A stretch of DNA of 64,000 nucleotides from the human T2T-CHM13v2.0 reference genome, Homo sapiens. This document shows, piece by piece, positions 26,026-40,264 of the stretch. The notes beneath the pieces were generated by a model. It did no database searches, had not been told where the DNA came from, and saw nothing but the letters and a program-made list of their open reading frames with translations. Numbering within the stretch: position 1 is the stretch's first letter; each line of letters begins with the position of its first letter. The position numbers and the translations under genes were made by a program. The stretch is from the NCBI RefSeq assembly GCF_009914755.1, contig NC_060927.1; one strand, given 5' to 3'.

Positions 26026-27699
26026 CTACGTGATTGAAAAAACAAAAACAAAGGATAGAGCAAATACAGAACCAGTTACTGGGAAGGACAAGACAGCAAA
26101 ACCCAGCCTCCTCCTCTCCACCATGCTGTCTCCCATGAAGATCCCAGGTCTTCCAAGGGTAAGGAAAAACAGGCTGATAAATGAGGGCTGGCGGCCAGCA
26201 ACCCTCCCACTGCAGCCAGGCTTTGTCTCCACGCCATAAACACCTCCTTGCTCACAAGAGTTGGACCCTGTTGGGATCAGCAAACAGCTGCAGCAACAGC
26301 AGCATATGACCTGCCCAGTTTGTTTAGGTGGCGTGTGTTTGTGAGGAGCATTTGCTCTGTGGTGTTTTTCTATAACGATTACGTGGAGAAATGATGTTAT
26401 TTTCAGGGGGTGAGGAATACCAAAGAGGCTTATTTGGCAAAAGCCACAATCTGTTCACTTCTACTTTGTGTGCGTATGTGAAAATCCTCACGCTAGTAGC
26501 CAGGATTTTTCAAATCCACTGGGAAGAGACTCCAAAAACAGGTTGGGGGCAGGAAAACAAAACCCTAGGATGACAAGCATGCAAATTAACACTGAAACCA
26601 GGCAAAGGACTAGTCCTGACAGATGAAAACACTCAAGCCAGCTGTATGTAAGGATTAGGAAAATTCTAAATAGGGGAGCATTCTGCCCACAAGTTTTGTT
26701 AGGAGAGGACATTAACACCAGTCATTTATGGTCCTCAAAGCCCAGTATATTGGTGTTGGGGGTGGAGGTGTCTGCTGTGTTCAAAGGACAGTGGCACTGA
26801 AAACTCAGGACTCAGAGACACTCTCTTCTTAACTCCTCAAGCTCTCAGATAACCAACTAGTAGAGTCAAAATAATCTAATCATGGACTATTAATGCACAT
26901 GGCAAAAACTCAACGGATATCCTAGTCAACATAATTCTACATCGGCTGTTCTGTCAAGATGATAATGAAACATCAGACAATCTGTGAGAACATGATGCCA
27001 AGAAGAAATACAAATTGGGCTCCTCCATTCCTCATGGAAATTAGAAGATTCTAAACTAATCAATTAGTTTCACATCCCCCGACACCTCCCTCCCACCGCC
27101 CCCACCCCCGTCTCTGCATTATCATTCCACTTCATGAAATTTCCTGGGAATCCACTTACTATTCTGTGATCACGGACAGCAAATGAAAATCAAGTTCTCT
27201 GCAGAACATGAGCGAAACTTTACATTGTAATGTAAAATGAGCTGATTAAGGGCACTTAATCCAAGAACAGCTAATTCTTAAGACCTCGAAGCAGAGTGGA
27301 TGAAATGTCAGGAAGGAGGAATGCAGCCGGGTTCTAATCACACAGAAAAATGGATTCCGGCACTCGACAGGCTGCCTTATTAACAATTACAGTAACCAGG
27401 GCTGTTCTTTTCAAAAGAATGCCTAGCAAGTTAGAATAAAGACCCCATCTTCGGAGATCTGTGGTAGAAAGAATACCCCTCTTTTTAGAAAATAAGGTAC
27501 TCCAGCCTCTGGGAGCATCCTAAAAGATGAGAGGAAACTCAAGGAGAATGGTTTATCTTTCTGAATGGTTTATCTTTCTAATTTCATCTCATTCAACTTC
27601 TTACACATTGGAAGGTGATTGTAAACTCAGGTATGTTAGGAATAAGTTTATTATTAAAAAGTAATAAACACCCTCCGCTGACCAAACTCTTAGAAAAGG

Positions 27700-28010
27700 A
27701 TTACAGAACCACTTTTCACTTTGAAAAATTCTTGAGGACCCCCCTAAGAACTTTTGTTTATGTGGGTTACATCTATCTATATTCTTCACGTTAGAACATT
27801 TAAAACTAAGACATTTTAAAAATAAGAATATCCAAGCACATATTAATTAGTGATGATACCATCATGGGTCGTGTAGCCACAGGAAAACTCCATTGCACGC
27901 TTGTCAAAGAATAAGAGTGGAAAAGGCGAACAAAGGTCTTAGTATCATTTTGAAAATAGTTGGGACCTTAAGAACTCCCAGGGGTCCCCAGACCACTCTG
28001 AGAACCACTG
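27700..28010 (-). mobile_element. hAT-Charlie MITE (Charlie1/MER119/MER106-like)
   Basis: Ends ccaggggtccccagaccactctgagaaccactg; gtcttagtatcattttgaaaatagtt. Confidence 0.7.
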
Positions 28011-28384
28011 ACCTAGAGTCATGTCTGGTTGACATAGAAATGTGTTAGAGTTATAGAGAGGTCAACTCTTTCAAGAACCACTTCTGTCATAAAAACAAAC
28101 ACTCTGTGTATTATGTGTCAATAAAAAGTTTTTTTTTTAAATGACAGATGCCATTGCTATAAGAACTTTAATAAGTATATGTGAAACTTTCTGGTAGCTG
28201 GCAGGAAAACAGGCTCTTTAATCTTTTACAGTTCACCACATTTGTTTTACAGCCTCTGCAAGTACAGATGACTAACTGCTTCTACGCAGAGCTGTGCAGC
28301 GTTTCTACCAAAGGCCAGGCCTGTCTGGGTAAATCCATTCCCTTCAGTAAACATTGCAGGGAGGCAAGTCTTCTTAAGAAGCAG

Positions 28385-28595
28385 TTTAACTCAGTGGTTA
28401 AGAGCCCAGGCTCTGGATTTAGACTTCCTGGGTTCAAATCCTGGCTTGGCCTCTTGCCAAGTGACCTTGCATGAGTTCTTAATCTTCCTCCAAGTATAAA
28501 AAGGAAGAATAACAATATTTAACTGGTAGGATCTTCATAGGAATCCTATGAAGGGTTACATTTCTAGAACATAGTAGTACTCAATAAATGCCGGT
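28385..28595 (+). mobile_element. MIR SINE
   Basis: agtggttaagagcccaggctctgga...cctgggttcaaatcctggct. Confidence 0.85.
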
Positions 28596-28892
28596 TATCA
28601 TTATACCTTCTTTTACGATACACAAGGCATCCCAAAAGTCTCAATACAGTTTTATGCTGAAATTTCAGAAATATAAGCATTACAAACTTACCTCAAATAC
28701 CACTTATTTAGTTCTGTAAATTTTAAGTAATAAAATTTTAGTTTTTTGTTTCGGTGCCTCTGATTGAAAGTGGCAAGTGCTGCCTGAAACAAAAATTACA
28801 TTACTAATTTCACAGTGGAGCAGGGAATAAGTATACACACAACTATTAGACAAAGGAGACTTTTTACCATTAAGACTTAATTCGATAGACAT

Positions 28893-29296
28893 GGCTGTGG
28901 TCTGAATGTGTCTCCCCCAAATTTATGTGTTGGAAACTTAATCCTCAACGCAGCAGTGAAGGGAGGTGAGTCCTTTTGAGAGGTGCTTAGGTCATGAGGG
29001 CTCAGCCCTTATGAGTGGATTAATATCATTATAAAAGGGTTTCACAGACAGAGTTTGGTCCTTTTTGCCTTCTGCCTTCCACCATGTGAGGACACAGCAT
29101 TCCACCCCTCTGGAGGATGCAAAAACAAGTCACTATCTTGGAAGTGGAGATCAGCCCTCACCAGACACCAAACCTGCCAGCAAGTTGATCTTGGACTTCC
29201 CAGCCTCCAGAACTGTGAGCAAAAAAAAATCTTTGTTCTTTATAAACTACCCAGTCTTGGGTATTTCGTTTCAACAACACAAAATAGACTAAGACA
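28893..29296 (+). mobile_element. MaLR solo LTR (MSTD/MSTC-like)
   Basis: gctgtggtctgaatgtg...ccagcctccagaactgtgag...gactaagaca; 5-bp TSD gacat on both sides. Confidence 0.9.
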
Positions 29297-29706
29297 GACA
29301 TTCTTTGAGCACCTACTATGTGCCATGCTTGTGTTAGGTACCAGGAAGATAAAAGGAAACAAGATGAGATGATTAGACAATAGAGGTGTACAAAGCCAGC
29401 AGGGGCAAGCATGGAAATAGATTGCTGCAGCATGTTCTGCTGTATTATTCAGGTCCAGGTATGCTCGGGGTGCTGGAGTTTCAGGTAGTGGGGTGCTATG
29501 CCCAGGATACAGCAGAAAGGAAAAGGAAAAGTGTTTCTCTCACTGACATTTGGAAGACATTTTCCCTCCTCATGATGTGAATTTTTCCTTTCACTTGTCA
29601 TTAATTCTGTTCATCTGCAAGAAGCCCATCTATCTATAGCTTTCCTTTTGCAGTAGCTTTTCAATAGCGGATCTTTATTGAGCTTTTCCATCTTTGTAAA
29701 TCGTAA

Positions 29707-30355
<649 letters not shown>

Positions 30356-30516
30356 ACTACTGTGTTTTCTGAAGGAAATTAGTTTTAACAGAACCAGAAA
30401 GGACTAAGTAATATCCACAATGTGTAACAGACACCTAAACTCTTACATGAAGAGTTATGTGCCCTAGTAGAAAACTATTTTTCATTTTCTCATATCTCAA
30501 AAGATTGAAAATTACA

Positions 30517-30747
30517 AATCCTAGCACTTTGGGAGGCTGAAGCGGGAGTCTCTACTTTAAAAATTTAAAAATGAGCCAGGAATAGCAGCGTGTGCCTTTA
30601 TCCCAGCTACTTGGAGACTGAGGTGGGGCACTGCTTAAGCTCAGGAGTTCAAGGCTACAGTGAGCTGTGATCGTGCCACTGCACTCAGCCTGGGTGACAG
30701 AGTGAGACCCTGTGTTTCTAAAATAATAATAATAATAAGTAAATAAA
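30517..30747 (+). mobile_element. AluJo-like SINE, 5'-truncated and internally deleted
   Basis: Left arm lacks the B-box segment; 14-bp TSD tgaaaattacaaat (30506-30519, 30748-30761). Confidence 0.9.
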
Positions 30748-33189
30748 TGAAAATTACAAATAAAACTCAACTCTACATTCAAAATTTTCTTAAAATTTTT
30801 CTTAAAAATTCTAGTCCATGTGCAGAATTCACTTGCTTAAATAAGCCATCACTTATATCTAGTCAATATCATCATGTTATAGAAAAAAGTTGAAAAAGGA
30901 ACATATTATAGAATTATTGGCCATTGTTGTTTATTTAAATGCTAGAAAAAAAATAAGATTTATATACAATAAGTTTTGAGAGAAGTTTATCATTTTTTGG
31001 TTCCTATAACTTTTAGTTATTTGACATTTGCAAACTAAACTGGAAAACTAAGAAAATTAAATGTGATTTTTTTCTTCTCAGATAACTGAAGCCAAGACAT
31101 TTTTGAGAACATGAATTTTCCATATGATTGACTTATTTCAATGCTTTGAGTGGGCATAGCTTTATTCTAAATTTTTATGAATTTTAGAGTTGATTCAGAA
31201 ATTACAATGTGAATATTATATAAAATCAGATAATAATGTAGTATGTAAAATATGCATGGTGGAAGGAGTAAACTGTGTAGATTATTCTGGCCCTGCAAAA
31301 CACAGAAGTGTCTCAATTTCTCTTTTTCCACCGTGATTTTTATCTATTGTGTTATTTTGATATTTGTACATTTACTGGGATCTGGCAGGATGAGTTGCAC
31401 ATGGGTAGCATTTATATTAACTAAATTTGGTTTTCATTTTAGAAACAAATTCCTCCTTTCTTCTTTTTTTCTGCTGCCAAAGCCCAATAGGCTTATAAAT
31501 AAATACACAGCCCACAGGAAAGACTTGAGGAGGTTCAGGTAGACATTTCATTTGAATTTCCGGAGCCTGGTTTTATCTTAACAGCCCTCATACTCCTTGG
31601 ACCACACCTGGGCAAGCAAAGTGAAGTGGGAAATAAAATAGTTGGATCAATGACGTCAACAACCAACGCCGCTGTCCAAAACCAAAACCTCACATTTCAA
31701 GCAGAGGCTGGGTGGGGAATATATATTTTTTTAACCTAAATCTTCTTCTCATTTTCTCCTTTTTTGGTGAGGGTAGAAATATCATGTAAGAGGCCTGTTA
31801 TACAGATAACTAACGCAAGAGACACGTGAGCAGACGTCACTTGAGCCTCATTTTCCATGCCAAAATTCAGGATTTAAGGTCTAAAACCATAGAGAATATT
31901 TTAGAGCTAGATGGTTCCAGAAAATCTGAGACATGTGGCCACCACAGCTGTGATGTGGCCCACTCTCTCCCACCTACCCAACCCAGAATTTCTTACCCTT
32001 CATAAGGCAGCCCCTACTCGAGGCTGGCCAGACTTCTTCAACAAATGACAGACAAAGCAGGCTTGGTCCCAATGTAAAATGAAGTCTCAGAACCCACGGC
32101 TCAGCCATTTTGGAGAGTGAGATGAGGAGGCCACGCCACAGAGGCCCTCGGGCAGCACAGCTGCCATGACAATATGGGCCAGTGCCAGGAATAGGAAGGA
32201 TCAAGTTAAATGTTTGTGATCCAATAACAAAACCACAACATGGGCCCCATTAAGCAAGGTTTAGGTAGAAGCTAATGAACTGAATCTAATTTTCTTTTGA
32301 CCATCTTTGACAAGGAATAAGCTCTGCTATAATGAGTTTCTTAGGCAATTCAAATATAGACATTACAGTGGGGCTCAATAAAAAAAAACAACTCTCACAA
32401 AGGAGCTGATCTCCTCAAATAGACTCTAAGGTGGTTTAACTGGGAAGCATATATATATTTCTTTAAAACTCTTCCGTGAATAATTAGGAATAATTATCCA
32501 TTTTAAAATACTTTTTATATTTCCATTTTTAATTAAAAATATATACACATACACGTACATAAATACATACACATAAATGTATGAATTTTCCACCAGGAAA
32601 CCCACACTAAATACCTAGGGTTTTTCTGTACTAATTGAACACACTATCACACTATAACCCAAAGGCCTGGCCACAGACAATAGCAGATGCTTCAAGAGAA
32701 AGAATAGGGCCCTTTCAGCCAATTATACAATTACACGATATGACCATGTTTACATTATCAAAGGGAGGCAGACCAAATTACCTAGCTACTTCAAATTAAT
32801 AACCCCATTTACCTCAATTATCTGGCAGGCAGGGTCTAAATAACCTGAGTAATTACTTCAATTCATTCAGATGGTATAGATTTGGCCTGTGTGTCCACAA
32901 GTAATTTTTCCTTCCAGTACACACACCTTAAACCATCAGCAAATATCAAAATGCACAACAGCAAACTCCTGTCAGTTTCATCTATAAGCAGTGTAAGCAA
33001 ATCCTCTCCATTATCTGGCAGATTAAAATTTGTTATACTCTTAATAATCCAGGTTGAGGTTTTCTTTTCTGACAAAAACTCACTGGACCATAGAATTTTA
33101 GAGCTAGGAAGTACCATCCAGGGCCCACAGTCTAAAAGCCAGCTCCTGGAAGCAGTCCAACCAGAAATTCAGCCTGCTCACTCATAGCA

Positions 33190-33435
33190 CGTAAGGCAAG
33201 GAGGTCTGAAGCCCAAATGCGTGGGTTCAAATCCTGGCTCTGCCACTTACTAGCTGAATGGCCTTGGCAAGTTCCTAAACCTTGCCAAGCCTGAGTCCTC
33301 TTCTGTACAATGGTGGTAATAAGGGAACCTGATTTATAGAGTCAGAACAAGGATTAAATGAGACAATCCACATAATGCACTTAGCATGCTTCTTGGCACA
33401 TAACTACTATTGTTAAGCCCGTACTATTATTATTC
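33190..33435 (+). mobile_element. MIR SINE
   Basis: gggttcaaatcctggctctgccacttactagctg...ggattaaatgagacaat. Confidence 0.88.
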
Positions 33436-33453
33436 TTATAGCAGCACCACCTT

Positions 33454-33911
33454 TAATAGGTTCCCCCAAAGGATGTGTCCATGTCCTAATCCCTAGAACC
33501 TGTGAATAGTAACCTTATATAACAAAGGATGTGATTAAGTTAAGGACCTTGGAAAGAGGTGTTTATCCTGTTTTATACAAGTGGTCCCTAAATGCAGTCA
33601 CATGGGTCCTTATAACAGACAGGCACAGAGAGTTTTGAGGCAGACACACAGGAGAGGACATAGGTACATGGAGAAGAAGGCAATATGAAGACAGAGCAGA
33701 GAGCTGCAGCTACGAGCCAATGAATGCAGACAGCTGCCAGATGCTGGAAGAAGCAAGGAATAGATTTTCCTTCAAGAAGGGGTACGACTCTGTTGACACA
33801 TTGATTTCAGACTTCTGGCCTCCAGAGCTCCAAGAGACTACGTATCTATTGCTTTAAACCACCACATGTGTGGTAATTTGTCATAGACAGCAGCCCCAGG
33901 AAACTAATACA
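33454..33911 (+). mobile_element. MaLR LTR (MLT1C/D-like)
   Basis: gtccatgtcctaatccctagaacctgtgaat...gacttctggcctccaga...ggaaactaataca. Confidence 0.88.
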
Positions 33912-34249
33912 CTACCTCAATGGGTGCAGGTCTCGTTTGACCTTTAAACTACAACTTGCAGATGTTAACAGTGACAATGATAAAGCCAAAGATAAAGGTG
34001 CCTAAAAAACGGAAACACCAAGGGCTGGTGTTATGAATTGAGCTTAACAAAAGTAAAGAAGCGGAAGAATGCAAGAGACAATGAGCAAAGAGGTTTGGTT
34101 GAAGGATACACAAGGGTTCGGGGAAGGAAACACAGGAAGCATGAGGCTAGAGCCTGATCCTGTAATGGTTCTCATCCACTAGAGACAGAAATCTACAATG
34201 CCAGTGTGTTGTTTGTTTCTAAATAACATGTTTATCCAGTCAGTACTCT

Positions 34250-35638
34250 ATGCTTTTTCTTTTTATTTATTATGCTTGGAGTTTGTACAACTTCTTGAAT
34301 CTATGGGTTGATCTCTCTTACAAATCTGGGGAAATTCTTAGCCTCAAACACTGCTTCTGTCTCATTCCCTCCCTCAAACACTGCTTCTGTCTCATTCCCT
34401 CCCTCTCTGCTCCTTCTGAGACTCCAGTTATACATATCTTAGACTTTCCACTGTGCCCCACTTGTCTCTTATGCTTTTTTCTATATGTTCCATTTTTCCC
34501 TCTTTGCATTTCAGCTTAAATCGTTTCTATTAACCTTTCTTCCAGATCACTATTCTTGTCTTCTGCTACATATGATCTCTCTGTTAAAACCCTATCCATT
34601 GAGTTCTTAATTGCAGATATCTTTTTCAAGTAATAGAAATCCCATTTTATTCTTTATAGATTCCAATTCTTTGTTTAAATTTTTCATATTTTCATCTATT
34701 TTATCCATTAAAAATTTATTTTCTTGAACATATTAATTAGTTATTTTTAAATTCCTTTTTTGCTAAATATAATTCTATTCACTCTGGATCATCTGTGAAT
34801 CTGTTTCTATCATTTGTTTTTCTCTCATTTTTGGGGAATGGTCACATTGACACACCTAATAATTTTTGATTGAATACCAGACATCATGTATTAGAAAGTT
34901 GAAAAGATTTCTGATGAAGTTATCTTCCTCAAGAGATGGCTCTCCTTTCTTCTGTCAGGAAAATAGAGTTGGGGATGGGGGTGCGGGCTGATGACCTAAA
35001 CCAATCAGGAACTATTACAAGACTCAGGTTGCTCCTGGCTTACACCCTTTGCTAGGACTTAGCCCTCCTGGACTTCACTGAGAGCCTGGTGTGTTCACCA
35101 TGCCCCCACCCCTCCCAACCTCCAAAAGCAGGTACTGAACTGTAAATCCTTATTGTCTCAGCACCAGAAGATTACTCAACACCCCTTCTGCTTTCCGGAG
35201 GGATTCTGCTTATCTTTCGAACCTCTCGTCCCATGCAGTCCAGAATTTAGCAACTGTCTTGAAGGGAAAGCCAACTGTGCATTTCTGGCTCCTCAAGCTC
35301 CAATTTTGTCTCTCCACTCCAGTCCCAAGAGAACACAAACGCTCTGCAGGTTTATTTTTCCCAGAGCAGCAACATTCCGTCCAAGCAAAGCCCAGGTCCC
35401 CATTATTTTGTCAGCACTCAGAATTAGAAATCTCCCAAAAATAAAGTAGCTACAGATCGTCAGCTCACCTCTCCACAGTTCTCTTCTTCTTGATATTTTA
35501 GCCCCCTACTCCTCATTGTTTCAACACTTCCCAGATTTAAACAGAATGTTGCTTTCTGTATTTTATATAGTTTTTGTTGTTCTTCTTGGGATCATTAGTT
35601 TGCCTCAAACTACCCAATCCTAGCCAGAAACAGAAATT
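34250..35638 (-). mobile_element. Ancient L1M/HAL1 5' region with ORF1 remnant
   Basis: ORF 34318-34509(-) SKICITGVSEGAERE...RISPDL resembles L1 ORF1 (NIRIIGVPEGEERE...NFP); 5'-end-like tagccagaaacagaa. Confidence 0.7.
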
Positions 35639-35750
35639 TCTCCTTTATATTTTTCAAAGTGTTTTCATTGTCATAATTAGTTCCCCCCCATATAAACTAA
35701 TAATAAGAAGAAGGCAGTATTTTTTACTCTGATATTTTAGAGCAGTTTGC

Positions 35751-35987
35751 CAGTGTTGGGCAAACTATGGCCCACAGGCCAAGTCCAGCCCACTGCCTGG
35801 TTTTGTAAATAAAGTTTTATTGGAATACAGCCATGTGCATATTCCAATAAAATGTGCATATTGTCTATGGCTGCTTTGGCACTACAAAAGCTGTTGCAGA
35901 TTTAAGTAGTTGTAACAGAGACCACATCACCCACAAAGCCCAAAATATTTACCATCTTTCCCTTTACAGAAAGTTTGCCAGCCCCTG
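35751..35987. mobile_element. MER58A hAT-Charlie MITE (within a MIR)
   Basis: cagtgttgggcaaactatggcccacaggcc...cagaaagtttgccagcccctg. Confidence 0.9.
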
Positions 35988-36538
35988 CTTCATTTGAAGG
36001 AAACTGAAGCTCAGACACATTCAGTGACTCGCAAGTTAACTTTGGAGAGAAGATTGCATGTGCGGTTCCCTGATTCTTATTCCAGCCATCTCCCCACTCT
36101 TCTAATTTGCTTCCCATCACAATGATTTATTACAATCATTTTTTAAGATTAACACAACAAGGAGAGAGACAGAGGGGAATGAGTCTGAAGCAGACAGTCC
36201 CAGTAAGGAAAAGGGAGGTGTCTCAGCGAACACAATTAAGGGTCTTTCTATTTTTGGAATATTTGGGGAATTTTGGCAGTCACCTTGGAAATCTGCTAAA
36301 ACAAATAATGGAAGGCAACTATTCAAGGATGCCACTTCAAGGTAAAAAAAAAAAAAAGCCTTAGTATTTCATAGAGGTTTTTGTTGTTGTTGTTCAGAAA
36401 ATGAACATGTAAGGAAGAAAAATGAGAAGTATCCTGAAGAATGTGTTCAATTTTTATCCATTTGATTGCTGAACGCTTTCATCAAGGCAATTCTCTGAGC
36501 ACAGGAAAAAAATATCCCCAACAGAGGTTGGCAGCTCA

Positions 36539-36543
<5 letters not shown>

Positions 36544-36585
<42 letters not shown>
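36544..36585. repeat. (CA)n microsatellite
   Basis: Direct reading. Confidence 0.97.
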
Positions 36586-36587
<2 letters not shown>

Positions 36588-39500
36588 CATGCCTGATTAA
36601 ACAAAATAATTTTTAAAAATCCAAAATCCAATACAGTTCGAAACTTAACAATAATTTAAAAGAAAGGCCACTTGCTTTCCCCTCTTCTGCTTTATACAAA
36701 TACATGGTAATTTGCTTCTTTTTAATAGTTTGTACAATCTGATGAGTGGTGCAATTTAGCCCCCATGTCAATTACGGATGCTAAAAATTTCAGAATTATA
36801 AGATCACCAAAATTATCACACCCACCAAAAAGACCTGCTGGGGACAGCTAATCTTTTTCTTTTCACTATACCTTGTGCAGAAGGCTGAGCAGGGGATGTC
36901 CACATCTTGCCAACCCTGGAGCTCCATTTTCCCAGGGAGGACTTGAGCGGGAAAAGCAAGATGTAAGGTAGAGAAAGACTAATTCATAAAAGTAAGGGAG
37001 TCATGCCCTTAAAAAAGAAACACAAACTCCTCTAAAAGTTGAGAAACAAAAAGCTCTCGGGCCTCCCTGACAAGATTCCATAGTTGTTTCTCTCAGCGCT
37101 TAGATTTCTCCAGAGGCAGAAAGGCAGAAGCAGAACTTAGCTCACATTTCTTTGAATGAGCCATTTAAATGCCCATCACTCCACATCACTCTCATGCTCT
37201 GAATTCTTCTGTGGCTCCCCAGTGCTCAATTTTGGGGTCCAAGCGCTTGAATGCAGGATACACCATGCACCACAATCTTGCATCTCTCATCACATTCCGT
37301 TTTCAGCCACTGTCTGCCTAGCACGTCCTGCTCTTGCAACAAAGAACACTTTTAACTTGCATCGTCCTCTCATCCCAGCTTGCAAAGGAACAGGTACACA
37401 TGAGGACTGCATTCCTATTCAGGGATTTACGTGGGAAAAAAAGAAATCAGTGTTTTACTTTACTTTTAAAGATGTAATATCTATGAAATCTCTGTTGTTA
37501 TTTACCTATGATAGTAAAAATATTGCAAAAATTACCAAATTACGAAGTATGAAGTGACCTCCAACATCATATACTCCAAATTCCTCAACTGGTGGTTCAT
37601 GAAGCTCAGAAAAAGATGCAGAGGATTCCTTCTGTTCTTTGATGAACACTTAAGGCCGTTTCAGAGAAGCAGCCATTACGCCCCTTTCCTTCTGGGCCTG
37701 AACTCAGGCTCCTTCCTAATTTAAGGAAAAAGTAAAACACCAACCATCCTCAGAAACCAACCTTCTTTACAGGCAGAAGTTTCTTCCAACCTGTTACCTG
37801 CGAATTTCAAAATCATACCTCCTGTCTGCCAAACAAGACTGCCAGCTTCTCAAAGCAAGAACTATACTGAGGTAGGTATAGACACTCATGTACACAGAGA
37901 CACACACACTGAGACACACATACACAGACACACATACGCTTCTCATAGCTGAAAACATGGAAGGCAGTCCATCTTTCTAGACAGTGAGTATCTAATACAA
38001 GTCAAGACACAGTAATTACGCTACAGACAAAGGGAGGGAGGATAAAAAGGAAGGTCACTCTGATTGAAGAGGAGATGGTTAGTAGGGGGATGGATGCAAA
38101 GGCCAGATGTGGGAGAAAGAGAGTGGCAGGCCTAAGGTCAATTCTTATCTTGTCAGTGTGGAGAAAAATGTGTTACCAGCAGCGTTTAGTCTAATGATGT
38201 GTGAGAGATACACAAAACAAAAAGGGGGGTGAGGGTTTTGGGTAGAAGGAAATCATGATCGTAGTCCACTCCTGAGCTAAAGGCCTGAGCCTGGGAACCA
38301 GTGGGAGGAATGAAACAGACGGATGCATAGAGAGATGCTGGAAAGAATAATCAAGTGGATATGATGGCATTGGAAATGAGGGAAGGCAGGAGAATAAACC
38401 ACAGTGCCTTGGTCTTTCAATTTTGAGGAAGAAAGATCCCAAGGTCAATAACACCTCACTTATGCAGAGGCCCCTTGGCTCACAAACTCAGCCATCCAGA
38501 TGCAGCCCCCTCCTTCTCAGACTGCTCCAGTGCCATCCACAACATTCCACACAGGCCCTACACACAGGACATGGCCCCGGCTGCCTCCGCTGCCTGCCAC
38601 TCATCCTCATCTCTACTGGATCCAGACACTTGACTCATTCGTGATCCTCAAACATGCCAAGCACATGCTGACCCCGGAAGGAGCCTTCTGTAAGAGAGTG
38701 GGCAGGGCCTGAGCCCGGGGAATGCCCAGGGTTAAGGGGAAGCAGAGAAAAGCCCTCAAAGAGGAGTGGCCAAAAGAGGTGATGACGCTGCGCCATGGAA
38801 GGGAAACCAGAGATGCAAAAAGCCAACGGCAGTTCATGCACATCAAAAGCTTCAGGGGCATACAAGTGAATGGAAACAAAGTTCAGTTGAAGAAAGGAAT
38901 AAAGAAAGGAAGGAAAGAAGACAGAAATGGGTGAAAGCCTTTCACAGCAAATATCTCTGGCAGACAGAGCAGGGAGCAGACCCCAGAGGAAGGAAGTCTA
39001 AAAGAGCTTCATCCCTCACCCCACTCGTGCATTTTGGCAGCACCCACCTAAGAGTACACTTTGGGGAAAGAGGGTGAGAGAAGCAGGCTCGCTCTTACTA
39101 CTACCCCCAAATTAATTCCTCAGCAAGCCTTTCCCATTCATTATCATCATCTTTTCTTCATAAATCAAGTCTGCCAGACTCAAAGACTGGAACATTCAGG
39201 AAGTGCTTACTCAAAACATAGAAACATCAATATGGAGACTGCAGACCCCAGAATGATAACAGGGTGAGCTATATTTATATCCCACGGCTGGTGATGCCTC
39301 AGCACACTTCACTCTCTAGAAATTCCGTCGGCTTAATTTATGTGGCTCATTCCTCATTCCCTTTCAGCTGACAGGCTTCTTATCTTTTTCATTTGGAAAC
39401 TTATCTGTAGGAGTTCCCAAACCCTCACTGTCGTTCGTTTTTGAAGTACCTGCATTCTGTCTCGAGTTTCCGGTAGATAAGTAGGGCTCCCTTAGATGCT

Positions 39501-40264
39501 GTCTGCCTATACCCCATGACTGTCAAAAATGTCCCCACCCTGGGATCAGGCATCAGATCCTAACAACACTGACAGAGTGAAGGGCACGTTTCTCCCTTTG
39601 GTGGGATTTTCTCTTCCAAGCCATTAAAACACTTTAAGATGCCTTTTCATATCTTTGCTATCTTTAGATTAGATGCTTAATGCATAAATCAGCCCAAATA
39701 GAGTGATGGAGTAGCGGGGAGAGGCTGACGCATTTCCTCACGTACAACCCAGCGTTTGAGTAAAAAAAAAAAAAAAAAAACTTTACTCAGAAAAAAGATA
39801 AGGCTAAAATCAGATCTCAGATTAAAAATGGTAAGGAAATTGCAACTAGCTGTAGCCAATTCAAGCTGAGCCAATTATCACCAATCATAAAAGATGACTT
39901 ATAAGAGGCCCTGGTGCCCCAGTACAATGGAGCAATTAAATCTTTATAACTGAGACAAAAAAAATGCCACATAATTAGACACAGCCAGAAAAGGGTACGT
40001 ATGCTTCCCCTTCCTGTGGCTGGCCCATTAGGGCAGGCATGCAGCCATTTCTTCACTGCCAAAAGGCCAATCCATTCCCCCCATCACTCAGCCTGCCTGA
40101 ATCGCATCTGACACTGGCCACTAAGGTGGAGTTTCCTTTGGCCACAGGCCACTAACAATCCTTGAGTTCCCGCCTATCCCACGTCCAAATAAGTACAAGA
40201 ATAACAGTGTCCTTATCCCACAGGTTACATGTGAAAAATATCTAGCTGTCTATTGAAGAAGTCA

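Noticed and set aside
40113-40132. CTCF-like motif ctggccactaaggtggag
   Set aside because: Spacing is off by one base relative to the core consensus; insufficient support.
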